Below, one piece after another: positions 1 to 13,544 of a stretch of DNA of 50,710 bases. Source of the DNA: SAR86 cluster bacterium (GTDB lineage Bacteria; Pseudomonadota; Gammaproteobacteria; Magnimaribacterales; TMED112). Where the stretch lies: positions 1-50,710 of the forward strand of contig JADHNL010000004.1 in the NCBI GenBank assembly GCA_016779525.1, written 5' to 3'. Numbering within the stretch: the stretch's first letter is position 1; every line of letters begins with the position of its first letter. A program made the position numbers and the translations under genes. The notes under the pieces are model-generated. The model saw nothing but the letters and a program-made list of their open reading frames with translations, was not told the DNA's origin and searched no databases.

Positions 1-1496
1 GCTGGGTACGCTTCGGCATGTATGTAAGAAATTTCTTTAAGTTTGAGTGCGCCCTCTCTGGCTATTGGAAAATACATCCCACGACCTAAAAATAATGCGC
101 TATTTTTATTAAAGATTAATTTTGCTACTGCTTTATAAGCATCCAAATCTCTTAAAGTTTTTTCAATGTTTTTTGGGAGCTCCAACAGAGCGTTTGAAAT
201 GTTCGATATAGATTTTGCCGGCCTATTGTGAACTTTCATCAAGGTCAATAAAAGCAAACACAAGCTAGAAAGTTGGGTTACAAACGCTTTAGTAGAAGCT
301 ACTCCAATCTCAGGCCCAGCATTGGTGAGCAGTGTGTAATCGGATTCTCTACACAGGGAACTATTTGCAACATTACAGATAGTCAAAGTAATCGGATCAT
401 TGGTTTTATTTGCAAAGCGCAAGGAAGCCAAAGTGTCTGCTGTCTCACCTGATTGGGATACTGTAACAAGCAATGTTTTCTTTGTTTTAATTGGTTCTTG
501 GTACTGATACTCCGAGCCATAATCTACCCTGCAATTAATGCCTAAGAACTTATGGGCCCAATATTCAAAAATTCTGCCTGCATGATAACTGGTGCCACAA
601 GCTATGACTTGAATGTTTGAAATATGTTCTACAGCCTTTTCAAAACCTGCGCCAAAAATCCCTTCCTGGGCCCCATTTTTTGAAACCCTGCCTTCGATAG
701 AATTTAAAATTGCTTCTGGTTGCTCAAAAATTTCTTTCTCCATAAAGTGGTTGTAGCCGCCAAGATCATTTGTATATGCAGTTGAATCAACTTCCTGGGT
801 TTTGATGTTTTTAGATGTACCGTTTTTTCCAATAATCTCAATATTGTTTTGTCCAATAATAGCTATCTGCCCATCGTTTAAGAATTTAAACCTATTGGTG
901 ACTTGCGATAATGCCATGATATCAGAAGCAATGAAATTCTCATCCACTCCCTCTCCAACAACTAGAGGAGAGTGTTCTCTTGCTCCAATAATCTGTTCTG
1001 GTTCACTCTTATCAAGAACACCAAGTGCATAGGCACCTTTAAGATCTTTCGTAGCTCTAAGAACAGCAGAATCAAAGTCATGTCCTTGTTGTCTGTAAAG
1101 GCAAATTAAATGGGCAATAACCTCTGTATCTGTATCGGACTTAAATTTGAAGCCCTCAGCTTTAAGTTTTGTTCTTAGCTTATCGTGATTCTCAATTATG
1201 CCATTGTGAACAATGTAAATTTCGTTGGAGCTTGATTGGGGGTGGGCATTCTTAAGGATTGGAACTCCATGAGTAGCCCACCTAGTATGAGCAATGCCAA
1301 TATTGGGCTCATGTTCATTTACGATTGATTTTTCAAGCTCAGCAACCCTGCCTATGGTTTTTACTAGATTAACTTTGTTGCCATGTCTATAAGCAACTCC
1401 AGCCGAATCGTATCCACGATACTCCAATCTTTTTAGCCCTTCGACCAGGATGGGTAAAACATTTCTCTTAGATACTCCGCCAACAATCCCGCACAT
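1..1496 (-). CDS. glmS: Glutamine--fructose-6-phosphate aminotransferase (3' end runs off the window)
   Basis: Not in the ORF track. Manual translation from ATG at 1496 gives MCGIVGG...LKRLEYRGYDSAG...AHTRWATHG...VHNGIIEN...SQSGETADT. Start overlaps the glmU stop (TAATG). Confidence 0.97.
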   Translation of the reverse strand, partial: MCGIVGGVSKRNVLPILVEGLKRLEYRGYDSAGVAYRHGNKVNLVKTIGRVAELEKSIVNEHEPNIGIAHTRWATHGVPILKNAHPQSSSNEIYIVHNGIIENHDKLRTKLKAEGFKFKSDTDTEVIAHLICLYRQQGHDFDSAVLRATKDLKGAYALGVLDKSEPEQIIGAREHSPLVVGEGVDENFIASDIMALSQVTNRFKFLNDGQIAIIGQNNIEIIGKNGTSKNIKTQEVDSTAYTNDLGGYNHFMEKEIFEQPEAILNSIEGRVSKNGAQEGIFGAGFEKAVEHISNIQVIACGTSYHAGRIFEYWAHKFLGINCRVDYGSEYQYQEPIKTKKTLLVTVSQSGETADTLASLRFANKTNDPITLTICNVANSSLCRESDYTLLTNAGPEIGVASTKAFVTQLSSLCLLLLTLMKVHNRPAKSISNISNALLELPKNIEKTLRDLDAYKAVAKLIFNKNSALFLGRGMYFPIAREGALKLKEISYIHAEAYP

Positions 1497-2854
1497 TATT
1501 TTTTCTTCCAGTTATTCTTAGTGGATTGTCGCGATCTGCCAAATGCTAAAGAGTTGTTTGGTACATCTTGAGTAATTACCGATCCTGCAGCTATATATGA
1601 TTTTTTGCCAATCTTCAGTGGGGCAACCAAGGATGAATTGCTGCCAACAAAGACATTATCGCCAATAATAGTCTTATTTTTATTTTTGCCGTCGTAGTTG
1701 CAAGTGATTGTGCCGGCGCCAATATTGGTTTTTATGCCGATTTCAGCATCGCCTAAATAAGCATGATGGTTTGCTTTTGCATTTGTGCCAATTTTTGAGT
1801 TTTTTACCTCAACAAAATTTCCAATCTTGCTTGAATTATCAAGCACAGCCCCGTTGCGCAGTCTTGCAAAAGGACCAACTTCAACATTGGATTTAATTTT
1901 ACTGTCTTCGATTGAACAGAAATCTTTTACTGTTGAGTTAGCACCTATATCAACGTTTGATAGTAATGCATTCGATTCAATTACAACCCCATCGCCAAGC
2001 CTAACGCTACCTTTAATGGTGACATTGTTGCCAATTCTTACATCTTTACCCACAGTTAGATCGCCCTCTACATAACAGGTAGACTCGTCCTTAAATATTG
2101 TTCCTTTATTTATAGCACTTTTAATATTAATTCTTACCAGAGCTTTATAGAGATTGCCTAGTTCTGATTTATTGTTAGCTCCCAATACTTCATCTGCAGT
2201 GGTTGTATGAGAGCCTACTCTTTGGTCTCTTTTAATAGCATACTCAACTAAATCAGTGAGGTAATACTCCCCTGCTATGTTATTTCTTACAAGACTCTTC
2301 AGCCCCTTTTTTAGAAATTCATTTTCGGCCACCATAATGCCACTAAAGATCTCTTTTATTTGTCTTTCATTTTTTAATGCATCAATCTCCTCTTTAATGC
2401 AGATAAGCTCATTTTTCTCTGATCTGATAATACGCCCATAGCCTTTCGGGTTATCAAGAATAGTGGTGAGAATTGATAATTTTTTTCTTGCCGAAGACCT
2501 AATAAGTTTTTTTGCTGTCTTATCTGTTAATAACGGTACGTCGGAATACAAAATAAGTGTTTTGCCCTTATCTGGCAAATAAGGTGCTGCTTGTTTAACT
2601 GCATGGCCCGTCCCCAGACGTTCTTTCTGCTCGCAAAATATATAATCTCCTAAGTTGTTCTCTAAAACATACTTTTTTACCTCATCTTGTTTATGACCAG
2701 TGACTAAAAGAACCTGTGTGGGTTTAAGTTTTTTTATGGTATTTAAAGAATGTTGCACCAAAGGTATGTCCCCCAACATAACAAGAGGCTTTGGCTGGGT
2801 TGTTTTCATTCTTTTGCCTTCACCAGCGGCAAGCAAGACTACACTTAAACTCAT
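1496..2854 (-). CDS. glmU: Bifunctional UDP-GlcNAc pyrophosphorylase / glucosamine-1-P acetyltransferase
   Basis: LAAGEGKRM, LGTGHAV, GEYYLTD, hexapeptide repeats, GAGTITCNYDG; lies between atpC and glmS. Confidence 0.98.
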   Translation of the reverse strand: MSLSVVLLAAGEGKRMKTTQPKPLVMLGDIPLVQHSLNTIKKLKPTQVLLVTGHKQDEVKKYVLENNLGDYIFCEQKERLGTGHAVKQAAPYLPDKGKTLILYSDVPLLTDKTAKKLIRSSARKKLSILTTILDNPKGYGRIIRSEKNELICIKEEIDALKNERQIKEIFSGIMVAENEFLKKGLKSLVRNNIAGEYYLTDLVEYAIKRDQRVGSHTTTADEVLGANNKSELGNLYKALVRINIKSAINKGTIFKDESTCYVEGDLTVGKDVRIGNNVTIKGSVRLGDGVVIESNALLSNVDIGANSTVKDFCSIEDSKIKSNVEVGPFARLRNGAVLDNSSKIGNFVEVKNSKIGTNAKANHHAYLGDAEIGIKTNIGAGTITCNYDGKNKNKTIIGDNVFVGSNSSLVAPLKIGKKSYIAAGSVITQDVPNNSLAFGRSRQSTKNNWKKK

Positions 2855-2877
2855 AATTTTGGGTTTATTAATTAAAC

Positions 2878-5555
<2,678 letters not shown>

Positions 5556-5556
<1 letters not shown>

Positions 5557-7103
5557 TAAAATGATCCTTCTTTCATAAAGCCGTCTAAAATCTTTGTATA
5601 TTTCTTTTCGAGATCATCATTCCAATCACCAGTTTTATTCACCTCTTCCCAAACGTCTTTATGCTTAGATTTAAAGTAATCTCTAAGATTGTCTTCAAAA
5701 GATTGCATGCGCTCTTTCTCAACATTTTTTAAATATTTGTATTCAATAGCAAAAAGCACAATAGATATGCAGGCAACTGATCTTGGTGAAAACTGCTTTT
5801 GTTTTAAAAGTTCTGTAATTCTTTGGCCATCTTCAAGCTGTTCCCTGGTTGCATCATCAAGATCAGAAGCAAACTGTGAAAAAGATTCAAGCTCTCTAAA
5901 TTGAGCTAATGCCAATTTAACACCACCACCAAGCTTTTTAATAATCTTTGTTTGTGCAGCACCACCAACCCTTGAAACAGAAATACCAGGGTTAATGGCT
6001 GGTCTAATCCCAGAATTAAATAAGTCGGTTTCTAAGAATATTTGTCCGTCTGTAATTGAAATGACATTGGTCGGAATAAAAGCAGACACGTCACTCGCTT
6101 GAGTTTCAATAATAGGTAAAGCTGTTAAAGAGCCTGTTTTGCCTTTAACTTTGCCTTCGGTAAAGCGCTCAACGTAATCTGGGTTTACTCGAGCTGCTCT
6201 TTCTAACAGTCTTGAGTGCAAATAAAAAATATCCCCTGGGAAAGCTTCACGTCCAGGAGGTCTTTTTAAGAGCAATGAGATTTGCCTATAAGCAACGGCG
6301 TGTTTGGAGAGGTCGTCATATATAATGAGAGCATCCTCACCTCGGTCTCTAAAATATTCTCCCATTGTACAACCAGAGTATGGTGCAATAAATTGAAGAG
6401 AAGCTGCTTCAGCAGCTGTAGCAGAAACCACAATAGTGTTTTTTAAAGCATCCGCCTCTTCTAATTGGCGCACCACTGTTGCAACTGTTGATTGTTTTTG
6501 GCCAACCGCAACATACACACAAGTAATGTTTGAATTTCTTTGATGAATAATAGTGTCTATTGCAATAGCTGTTTTACCTGTTTGCCTGTCACCGATAATA
6601 AGCTCACGCTGACCTCTACCAATTGGCACCATCACATCAATTGACTTTAATCCTGTTTGTACTGGCTGATCTACAGACTGTCTATCAATAACTCCAGGTG
6701 CAACAACTTCAATTGCCGAAAAACCATCTGATTTAATTTCTCCCTTGCCATCTAAGGGTCTACCAAGTGCATCAATTACCCTCCCTTTTAAGCCTTCACC
6801 AACAGGGACTTCGAGAATTCTGCCAGTTGTTTTGACTTTTTGACCTTCTTTGATGTGTCCTGCATCACCAAGCACAACAGCACCTACAGAGTCTGTCTCT
6901 AGATTAAGGGCCATCCCTAGTGTTCCCTCCCCAAAATCCAATAACTCACCATACATAGCTTCTTCCAGCCCATATATTTGAACAATGCCATCAGCTGTTG
7001 AGATTACTTCACCAACATTTGCTTCGGCTTGTGCTCCCTGGAATTCATCAATCTTTTTTTGAATGATGTTGGAAATTTCTGAGGGGTTTATTTTTGTACT
7101 CAT
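5556..7103 (-). CDS. atpA: ATP synthase F1 alpha subunit
   Basis: [26 protein letters not shown]; AGGAG SD upstream. Confidence 0.99.
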
Positions 7104-7113
7104 TTTTTCTCCT

Positions 7114-7629
7114 TTAATTAATAAGTGTGGTTTGTAAACCGTTAATTTTATTGTTTATGCTTAAATCGATTTCGCTATCTTTATATTTCAGAATTATTCC
7201 GCCTAAAACGCTGTCATTAATTACGTAACTTATAGGCGTGTCTGTTCCAAGATATTCCTTAACAAAACCATTAACCTTATTTTGTACTTCTTCGTTTGGT
7301 TTTTTGTTAACAAATACTTTGACTGGTATATTGTTGAGCTCTTTTTGAGCAAAAGTAACAAAATATTCAAATATCCCTGGAAATAGCTCATATCTGTTAT
7401 TTTCATCAATGGTTTTGATAAACGATGTTATCTCTTTTGATGATCCAAAAAGATCTATTGCAAAAGTTAGCTTCTTTGCTTTAGAAATTGTTTTATTTTT
7501 GAAAAACTTGCTTAAGCTTCTCGTGTTTGATTTGGTATAGCTTTGAAATAGCTCAATAACCTCAGGAACATCTGATCGATTAAGAGACCTAAAAAGACCT
7601 TTGGAGTATACCTCAAACAATTTATTCAT
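7114..7629 (-). CDS. atpH: ATP synthase delta subunit (divergent)
   Basis: Position between atpF and atpA; C-terminal [12 protein letters not shown]...IDLSI resembles the delta/OSCP signature. Confidence 0.88.
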   Translation of the reverse strand: MNKLFEVYSKGLFRSLNRSDVPEVIELFQSYTKSNTRSLSKFFKNKTISKAKKLTFAIDLFGSSKEITSFIKTIDENNRYELFPGIFEYFVTFAQKELNNIPVKVFVNKKPNEEVQNKVNGFVKEYLGTDTPISYVINDSVLGGIILKYKDSEIDLSINNKINGLQTTLIN

Positions 7630-8102
7630 TTTCTAAAGTCGTTGAGGCTTTCTTTAATTGTGTCATCGTGGTCTGTAGACGAAACCTCTTTTGAGACAAT
7701 TTTTTTCACAGCAGCCATCACATTAACAGCAAAATCTTTTTCCAAAGATTTTTTGGCATTGACAACTTCCTTATCTATTTCTGCTTGAGCAGAGCTTACG
7801 ATTCTGTCTTTTTCTTCATTGGCTTTGTTTTTTGCATCTTCAACTATTTTATCGGCCTGCTGTTTTGCGTTGTCTAGAACTTTTTTTGCTTCTGACTTAG
7901 CAGACTTGACCATAGAGTCAGCTTCTTCCTGTGCTTTTATTATTTTCTTTGCACTTTCTTCTGAATCTTTAAGCCCTTGTTCTATTTTTTCAGCCCGCTC
8001 TTCCATTGCAGAAAGCAGAGGGGGCCAAACGAATTTCCAACAAAACCAAACAAATAGCCCGAAAGCTATCATTTGACCTAAAAGTGTAGCGTTTAAATTC
8101 AT
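7626..8102 (-). CDS. atpF: ATP synthase Fo subunit b
   Basis: [30 protein letters not shown]-terminus followed by coiled coil. Confidence 0.97.
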   Translation of the reverse strand: MNLNATLLGQMIAFGLFVWFCWKFVWPPLLSAMEERAEKIEQGLKDSEESAKKIIKAQEEADSMVKSAKSEAKKVLDNAKQQADKIVEDAKNKANEEKDRIVSSAQAEIDKEVVNAKKSLEKDFAVNVMAAVKKIVSKEVSSTDHDDTIKESLNDFRK

Positions 8103-8105
8103 TAT

Positions 8106-8336
8106 TTATGCAACAAACAATACATAAAAAGCCAAACCAACAGAAATCATTGGTACCGCATCAACCAAACCAATACCTAAAAAGTATGTTGGCCTTAATT
8201 GGTCTTCTAGTTCTGGCTGTCTTGCAATTGACTCGATTAGCTTAGAGCTTAATACCCCTGCACCAACTCCAGCTCCAATCGCTGCCAAACCAAACATAAT
8301 TCCTGCTCCGATAAATTTTGCAGCTTCTACATCCAT
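8106..8336 (-). CDS. atpE: ATP synthase Fo subunit c
   Basis: GAGVGAG, ARQPEL loop, proton-binding Asp in LVDAVP. Start moved to ATG 8336 because AGGAGG (8345-8350) lies 8 nt upstream. Confidence 0.97.
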   Translation of the reverse strand: MDVEAAKFIGAGIMFGLAAIGAGVGAGVLSSKLIESIARQPELEDQLRPTYFLGIGLVDAVPMISVGLAFYVLFVA

Positions 8337-8349
8337 ATTCACAACCTCC

Positions 8350-9348
8350 TTAATGTTGTTCAAATTTTTCGTGTGCCATATTCATATAGACCACTGTAAG
8401 CATCATAAAAATAAATGCTTGCAGCACCACTATCAAAATATGAAATATTGCCCAAATCAAACTTAGTGCTATACCAGCTAAGTTCAAACCTATGCCTGTT
8501 AAAGTTAATTCTGCAAGATTAATGGATACCATGCCAGCAATCAATAAAAATATCATTTCTCCTGCATACAAATTCCCGTAGAGCCTTAGTGCTAAAGAAA
8601 GTGGTTTAGCAATTAAATCTATTATTTCAATAAATAGGTTGGCTGGGAGCATCCATGGCCCAAACGGGTGTAGCGATATCGATTTAATAAAACCTATAAA
8701 GCCTTTGGATTTGATGCTAAAAATTAAATATAAAACAAAAACTGAAAGCGCTAATGCTGCCGTTAAATTAAGGTCGGTGGTTGGAACAACTTTCAAATAA
8801 GGCACACCAAGGAGCTCTGCTGGATAGGGTATAAGATCCACAGGAACCAAATCCATGACATTCATTAATAGGACCCAAAAAAAGATCGTTAAGGCCATAG
8901 GTGCTATTAGGGTGTTTTTGGCCGCCTTAAAGGTTCCTTTAACTACCCCGTTAATAAAATCAATCATCATCTCAATGAAGCATTGTAGTTTTGTTGGTTT
9001 TTCTAAGGAAAAGTTTTTGGCCGCTCTGGCAAAAAGAAAAACAAATATACTGCCCAGCAAAATGGAGAAGAAAAGGGTATCTATATTGAGGGCCCAAAAA
9101 CCCATCGCCTCGACATCTGTTTTATTGTTAGCAAGATACCAACCATCTTCGGCTAGGGTTTCTTTGCAATATTTGCTGCCATCATAATCCATCCCTTTGT
9201 CTTGACAGTAAGAGTCTTTTTCGGCAGCAGTGTCTCCTTTCGCATAAAACTTTCTTTCATGCCCCTCGGGCAAAGGACCATACACCAAATTCTGTAGATG
9301 GTGCGCTAAATATTCTTGAAAAGTACGTCCCGAGCTTTCAGATGCCAT
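8350..9348 (-). CDS. atpB: ATP synthase Fo subunit a (long N-terminal insertion)
   Basis: HHLQNL, GFWALNID, SLALRLYGNLYAGE, LQAFIFMMLT. No atpI upstream. Confidence 0.97.
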   Translation of the reverse strand: MASESSGRTFQEYLAHHLQNLVYGPLPEGHERKFYAKGDTAAEKDSYCQDKGMDYDGSKYCKETLAEDGWYLANNKTDVEAMGFWALNIDTLFFSILLGSIFVFLFARAAKNFSLEKPTKLQCFIEMMIDFINGVVKGTFKAAKNTLIAPMALTIFFWVLLMNVMDLVPVDLIPYPAELLGVPYLKVVPTTDLNLTAALALSVFVLYLIFSIKSKGFIGFIKSISLHPFGPWMLPANLFIEIIDLIAKPLSLALRLYGNLYAGEMIFLLIAGMVSINLAELTLTGIGLNLAGIALSLIWAIFHILIVVLQAFIFMMLTVVYMNMAHEKFEQH

Positions 9349-9390
9349 AGGTGCGTAAATTTTAATGTAATTTTTGTTATGTTTATAGGG

Positions 9391-10248
9391 TTAAATTGAA
9401 ATTTTCTCAATGATTCCATCGAGCTCGTCGTATGAGTAATACTTTATGGTTAATTTTCCTTTGCCTTTTTTGTCATCAATTGTAACTTTAGAGCCAAGTT
9501 TCGAGCTTAATGCAGATTCTAGGTTGATTTCATCCCTTGTCTTTTCTTTGTTGGTGGTTTTTGTGATTTTCTGTTTTAAGAGGTTTTCAAGCGCTCTTAC
9601 TGAGAGGTTTTCTTTTACAATTCTTTCAGCCAGGGCTTCTGCCTGAATTGTTTCGAGTCCAAGCAAAACTTTGGCATGACCTTCGGAAATTTTTCCAGCG
9701 CTTATTTCTTTTTGAATTTTCTCTGACAAGGTTAACAACCTTAAAGAGTTAGCTACCGAGCTTCTAGGCTTTCCAATACTTTTTGATAGTGCTTCTTGAG
9801 TATAATTAAACTCTTCTTTCAGCCTTTGGTAACCCCTTGCAATCTCTATAGCATCAAGATCCTCACGCTGAACGTTTTCAAGTATGGCAATTTCTAAAGA
9901 TTTGGTATTTGTGGCCTTGGTAATTGAGATTGGTACTTTCTTTAATCCAGCAATTTTAGCTGCTCTTAATCTTCTTTCTCCAGCTATTAGTTCAAAACCT
10001 TTGGTGGTTTCTCGTACCACAAGGGGTTGAATAATTCCATGCTCTTTAATTGAGTTTGCAAGATCTTTAAGTTTTTCGTCGTCAAAAAAAGCTCTTGGTT
10101 GGTATTGGTTTTCTGTAATTTTTGAAATTGGTGCTTCGTTTGTTGTTTCGGTTTTTGTTGCCTTTGGTTGTTTTTTGGTCGCGGGTGTTTTTTTTACATC
10201 CCCCAACAAGGCCTCAAGACCTTTATTTAGTGGTTTTTTTCCTGCCAT
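9391..10248 (-). CDS. parB: Chromosome partitioning CTPase ParB
   Basis: [20 protein letters not shown] motif, [11 protein letters not shown]. Start placed at [15 protein letters not shown]. Confidence 0.96.
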   Translation of the reverse strand: MAGKKPLNKGLEALLGDVKKTPATKKQPKATKTETTNEAPISKITENQYQPRAFFDDEKLKDLANSIKEHGIIQPLVVRETTKGFELIAGERRLRAAKIAGLKKVPISITKATNTKSLEIAILENVQREDLDAIEIARGYQRLKEEFNYTQEALSKSIGKPRSSVANSLRLLTLSEKIQKEISAGKISEGHAKVLLGLETIQAEALAERIVKENLSVRALENLLKQKITKTTNKEKTRDEINLESALSSKLGSKVTIDDKKGKGKLTIKYYSYDELDGIIEKISI

Positions 10249-11005
10249 TTTCAAACTTTCTAATAAATTCACCAGACAAACTTAAGAATGCCTCAGCGCC
10301 TATAGACTTTATATCATAATCCAGTATTGATTGGCCATAGCTTGGCGCTTCTGCCAGTTTTACATTTCTTGGAATAATGGTGTTGAGAACTATTTCTTTG
10401 AAGTGGGCTTCCAGCTCTGAGGAAACCTGGTGTGTAAGGTTATTTCTCCAGTCTGCCATTGTACGAAGAATACCAGCAATTTTTATATTGAGGTTTCTGC
10501 CCTCATTTAATTGGTCTATCGTGGATTTTAATGTTACAAGCCCTTCTAGGGCGTAATACTCACACTGCACAGGCACAAGAACATTTTTACAATATTCCAT
10601 CGCATTGATTGTTAAAAGGTTTAATGAGGGTGGGCAATCAAAAATAATGTAATCAAAATCTTTCTTATTTATTTTGAGGTTGTTTGAGAAAAATTTTTCT
10701 CTTGTTTTTGTATTTTCAATGATCTTTTCTGTGGCTACTAAGTTTGAGTTGGCAGGAAAAATTTTATAGCCTCCAGTTGCCTCTTTTATAAAACTTTCTA
10801 CTGGTCCTCCCTCTTCAAAATATTCATATAGTGAGTTTTTAGAGTTTTTTGGAATGCCTGCTGCTGAAGTTGCATTACTTTGTGGGTCGGCATCAATTAA
10901 TAGAACCCTGCGTTTCACCTTGGCTAAGGATGCAGCAATATTTACTGCTGTGGTTGTTTTTCCAACACCCCCTTTTTGGTTAGTGATTGCTATTTTTACT
11001 GTCAT
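10223..11005 (-). CDS. parA: Chromosome partitioning ATPase ParA/Soj
   Basis: [47 protein letters not shown]. Confidence 0.97.
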   Translation of the reverse strand: MTVKIAITNQKGGVGKTTTAVNIAASLAKVKRRVLLIDADPQSNATSAAGIPKNSKNSLYEYFEEGGPVESFIKEATGGYKIFPANSNLVATEKIIENTKTREKFFSNNLKINKKDFDYIIFDCPPSLNLLTINAMEYCKNVLVPVQCEYYALEGLVTLKSTIDQLNEGRNLNIKIAGILRTMADWRNNLTHQVSSELEAHFKEIVLNTIIPRNVKLAEAPSYGQSILDYDIKSIGAEAFLSLSGEFIRKFENGRKKTTK

Positions 11006-11567
11006 AGGCTTCTACAACACACATTTCTCCGAGGTTGGATTTGTATGGGTGTATTTTGTAATGATATAACAAAGGTTTGGCTTCTAATATCTCTAGTTTT
11101 GTTTTTTCATCATTCTTTTTTAAAAATAATATGTTTTTTGGGTTTTTGTTTTCGATTAGTTTTATGGTTTTTTTTATTGAGGAGAAGGCCTTACATACCA
11201 AACTTTCACCCTTTGATAGTTGGGTATTTTCAATTCGGTTGTGCTCGGTTCTTGCGTTGAAAATCTGGTATTTTGTAATAAATTCATTTTGAAATTTAAC
11301 TTTTTTTCGGTTTGAGTCTATGTTTAAAACCGCCCTGTCTGAAACAATTGCCCATACCAGGCCTGGTATGCCGGCACCTGAACCCACATCAACCACCCTT
11401 GTACCCAAAAGGTTCTTGCACACCTCATAAGCCTGGATACAATCATCAATCTGCTCTTTTAAGAATTTGTTTTTATCAGTATAGCCTGTAAGGTTGTATT
11501 TTTTTGATTCTCTTATGATCTCGAGCGCTAGTCTATTAAGTTTATTGTTAGCTTGCTCTGATAACAT
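10980..11567 (-). CDS. rsmG: 16S rRNA m7G527 methyltransferase (GidB)
   Basis: [18 protein letters not shown] motif; between mnmG and parA. Confidence 0.92.
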   Translation of the reverse strand: MLSEQANNKLNRLALEIIRESKKYNLTGYTDKNKFLKEQIDDCIQAYEVCKNLLGTRVVDVGSGAGIPGLVWAIVSDRAVLNIDSNRKKVKFQNEFITKYQIFNARTEHNRIENTQLSKGESLVCKAFSSIKKTIKLIENKNPKNILFLKKNDEKTKLEILEAKPLLYHYKIHPYKSNLGEMCVVEAYDSKNSNH

Positions 11568-13359
11568 CTAGTTTTTTTAGGTGTATTGAAATAACGCTTA
11601 GGGCTGCTGGGGTTATGCCTTCCATCAACGAGGCCTCGTAAAGGTTTGTTGGTTTTTGTGTGTTAAGTTTTTCTTGAAGTTCTGCAGAAAGGCCAACAAC
11701 CTCTCTGTAGTCAAAAATTATTCCCAGCTGAAATTCCTCTAGGTTTTTCATTTTATTAATTTCTCTGTTTTGTTTTTCAACATAACCAGAGTACCTGACA
11801 TCGTAATAAACCTCTCTAAATAATGGGCTTGATTCCTTCACCAATGTTTTGATTTGCATTTCAGAAAAATCATTTCTTTTACAAAGCTGCTCTGCTGTTT
11901 TTGGTTCGTTGTTAATTTTTGTCTTTGTGTTTCTTAGGGTTTTTAGTATTGTGTTTTTACTGTCCTTTTTTTCGTTGAAGGTGATTTGTCTGTGTTCGTC
12001 GATAATTCCAAAACTCATCGCTTGATCAAACATTCTTTCGTCGGCATTGTTTTGTCTAAGCAAAAGCCTGTGTTCAGCTCTTGAAGTGAACATTCTGTAT
12101 GGCTCGCTTACACCAAACCGTGTTAGATCGTCCACCAATACCCCCAAATAACTTGTTTGTCTTTGTGGTATCCAGAGATTCTTTTTGGTTATTTTTAAAC
12201 AGGCGTTAATGCCAGCAATAATGCCTTGTGCAGCTGCTTCTTCATAGCCTGTTGTGCCATTGATTTGACCGGCCAGGTAAAGGTTTTCAGATTTCTTTAG
12301 TCTTAGGGTTTTTTCAAGATTCCTTGGGTCGATGTAGTCGTACTCTACTGCGTAGCCGTATTGATGAATTTCCGCATTTTCAAAACCTTTAATCGAACGA
12401 ACATATTCAAGCTGAACGTCGCTTGGCAGGCTGGTTGAAATACCATTTGGGTATATCCAGTCCGAGCTTATGCCTTCTGGTTCCACGAATATCTGGTGGC
12501 TATCTTTCTGAGAAAACCTTGTGATTTTATCTTCGATTGATGGACAGTATCTTGGTCCAACACCACTAATAAGCCCTGAATACATGGCTGATTTTTTAAT
12601 GTTTTTTTTAATTATTTTGTGGGTATGTGTGTTGGTTTTTGTAATGTGGCATATTGTCTGTTCTGGGTGTTTGTTTTTATTCCCCATAAATGACATGAAT
12701 AAATCTTCTTCGCCAGGTTGCTCCTCCATAACTGAAAAATCGATTGTTTTCTTTGATAGGCGTGGGGGTGTGCCTGTTTTTAGTCTGCCTAGTTTTAGGT
12801 TCTTTTTTGAAAAAAACTTTTCCAACCCTGAAGCATTTTTCTCGTCAATTCTGCCCCCCTTTCTTTGCTCATCTCCAATAAGAATTGATCCATTTAAAAA
12901 TGTGCCTGTTGTAAGAACGAATGCTTTTGCATTATATGTGTTGCTTATCCCAATGGCTGTTGTTACCTCTCCGCTCTTTTCTTCAAAATCTACAACTTCA
13001 TCCTCAAAGACTTGTATGTTGGTTTCTGCAATTTTGTTTTGGATGGATTTTTCGTAAAGCAGCTTGTCTGTTTGCGCTCTTGTTGCTTGAACAGCCGGTC
13101 CTTTTTTTTTGTTAAGCGTTTTGAACTGTATCCCTGAAAGGTCAGTTGCTTCACACATATACCCTCCAAGCGCATCAACTTCTTTAGCTAAATGAGATTT
13201 ACCAATACCCCCTATTGCTGGATTGCATGACATTCTACCAATCTTCAACTTATCGAGCGTAACCAAAGCAACACTCAAACCAAACCTATAGCCAACAAGT
13301 GCAGCCTCAACACCAGCATGCCCTCCACCTATTACTAATAAATCAAACTTATTATTCAT
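11548..13359 (-). CDS. mnmG: tRNA uridine-5-carboxymethylaminomethyl synthesis enzyme (GidA)
   Basis: [48 protein letters not shown]. Start placed at MNNKFDLL (13359). Confidence 0.98.
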   Translation of the reverse strand: MNNKFDLLVIGGGHAGVEAALVGYRFGLSVALVTLDKLKIGRMSCNPAIGGIGKSHLAKEVDALGGYMCEATDLSGIQFKTLNKKKGPAVQATRAQTDKLLYEKSIQNKIAETNIQVFEDEVVDFEEKSGEVTTAIGISNTYNAKAFVLTTGTFLNGSILIGDEQRKGGRIDEKNASGLEKFFSKKNLKLGRLKTGTPPRLSKKTIDFSVMEEQPGEEDLFMSFMGNKNKHPEQTICHITKTNTHTHKIIKKNIKKSAMYSGLISGVGPRYCPSIEDKITRFSQKDSHQIFVEPEGISSDWIYPNGISTSLPSDVQLEYVRSIKGFENAEIHQYGYAVEYDYIDPRNLEKTLRLKKSENLYLAGQINGTTGYEEAAAQGIIAGINACLKITKKNLWIPQRQTSYLGVLVDDLTRFGVSEPYRMFTSRAEHRLLLRQNNADERMFDQAMSFGIIDEHRQITFNEKKDSKNTILKTLRNTKTKINNEPKTAEQLCKRNDFSEMQIKTLVKESSPLFREVYYDVRYSGYVEKQNREINKMKNLEEFQLGIIFDYREVVGLSAELQEKLNTQKPTNLYEASLMEGITPAALSVISIHLKKLDVIRAS

Positions 13360-13544
13360 ATTATGTTTATTGTTTTTATTAAGGGGTCCTTTTTTTGTGC
13401 ACAACGTCAGAATTATATATTTTTATAGGCCTTTCAGACAAATCAAACCACACAAGACACTTGTTCATAACCTCTGCATTGTTAATGGTTTTGGTGTTGA
13501 TGGAATGTAGATAAAAAAGAACACACAACCAATCCACAAGCAAA
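13340..13544. other. Putative chromosomal replication origin oriC
   Basis: Largest intergenic gap in the window. DnaA-box-like 9-mers at 13395-13404 (palindromic TTGTGCACAA), 13462-13470 (TTATGAACA on -), 13506-13514 (TTATCTACA on -), 13530-13538 (CAATCCACA); GC clamp GGGGTCC at 13383-13389; AT-rich tract 13340-13382; strand-composition switch about 200 bp away. Confidence 0.68.

Noticed and set aside
13102-13110. Poly-T/poly-A runs as phase-variation tracts
   Set aside because: They encode in-frame Lys runs in essential genes and are expected at this AT content.
13360-13544. ncRNA, tRNA or CRISPR array in the largest intergenic gap
   Set aside because: No cloverleaf, stable hairpin or regularly spaced repeats; DnaA-box-like content explains it better.
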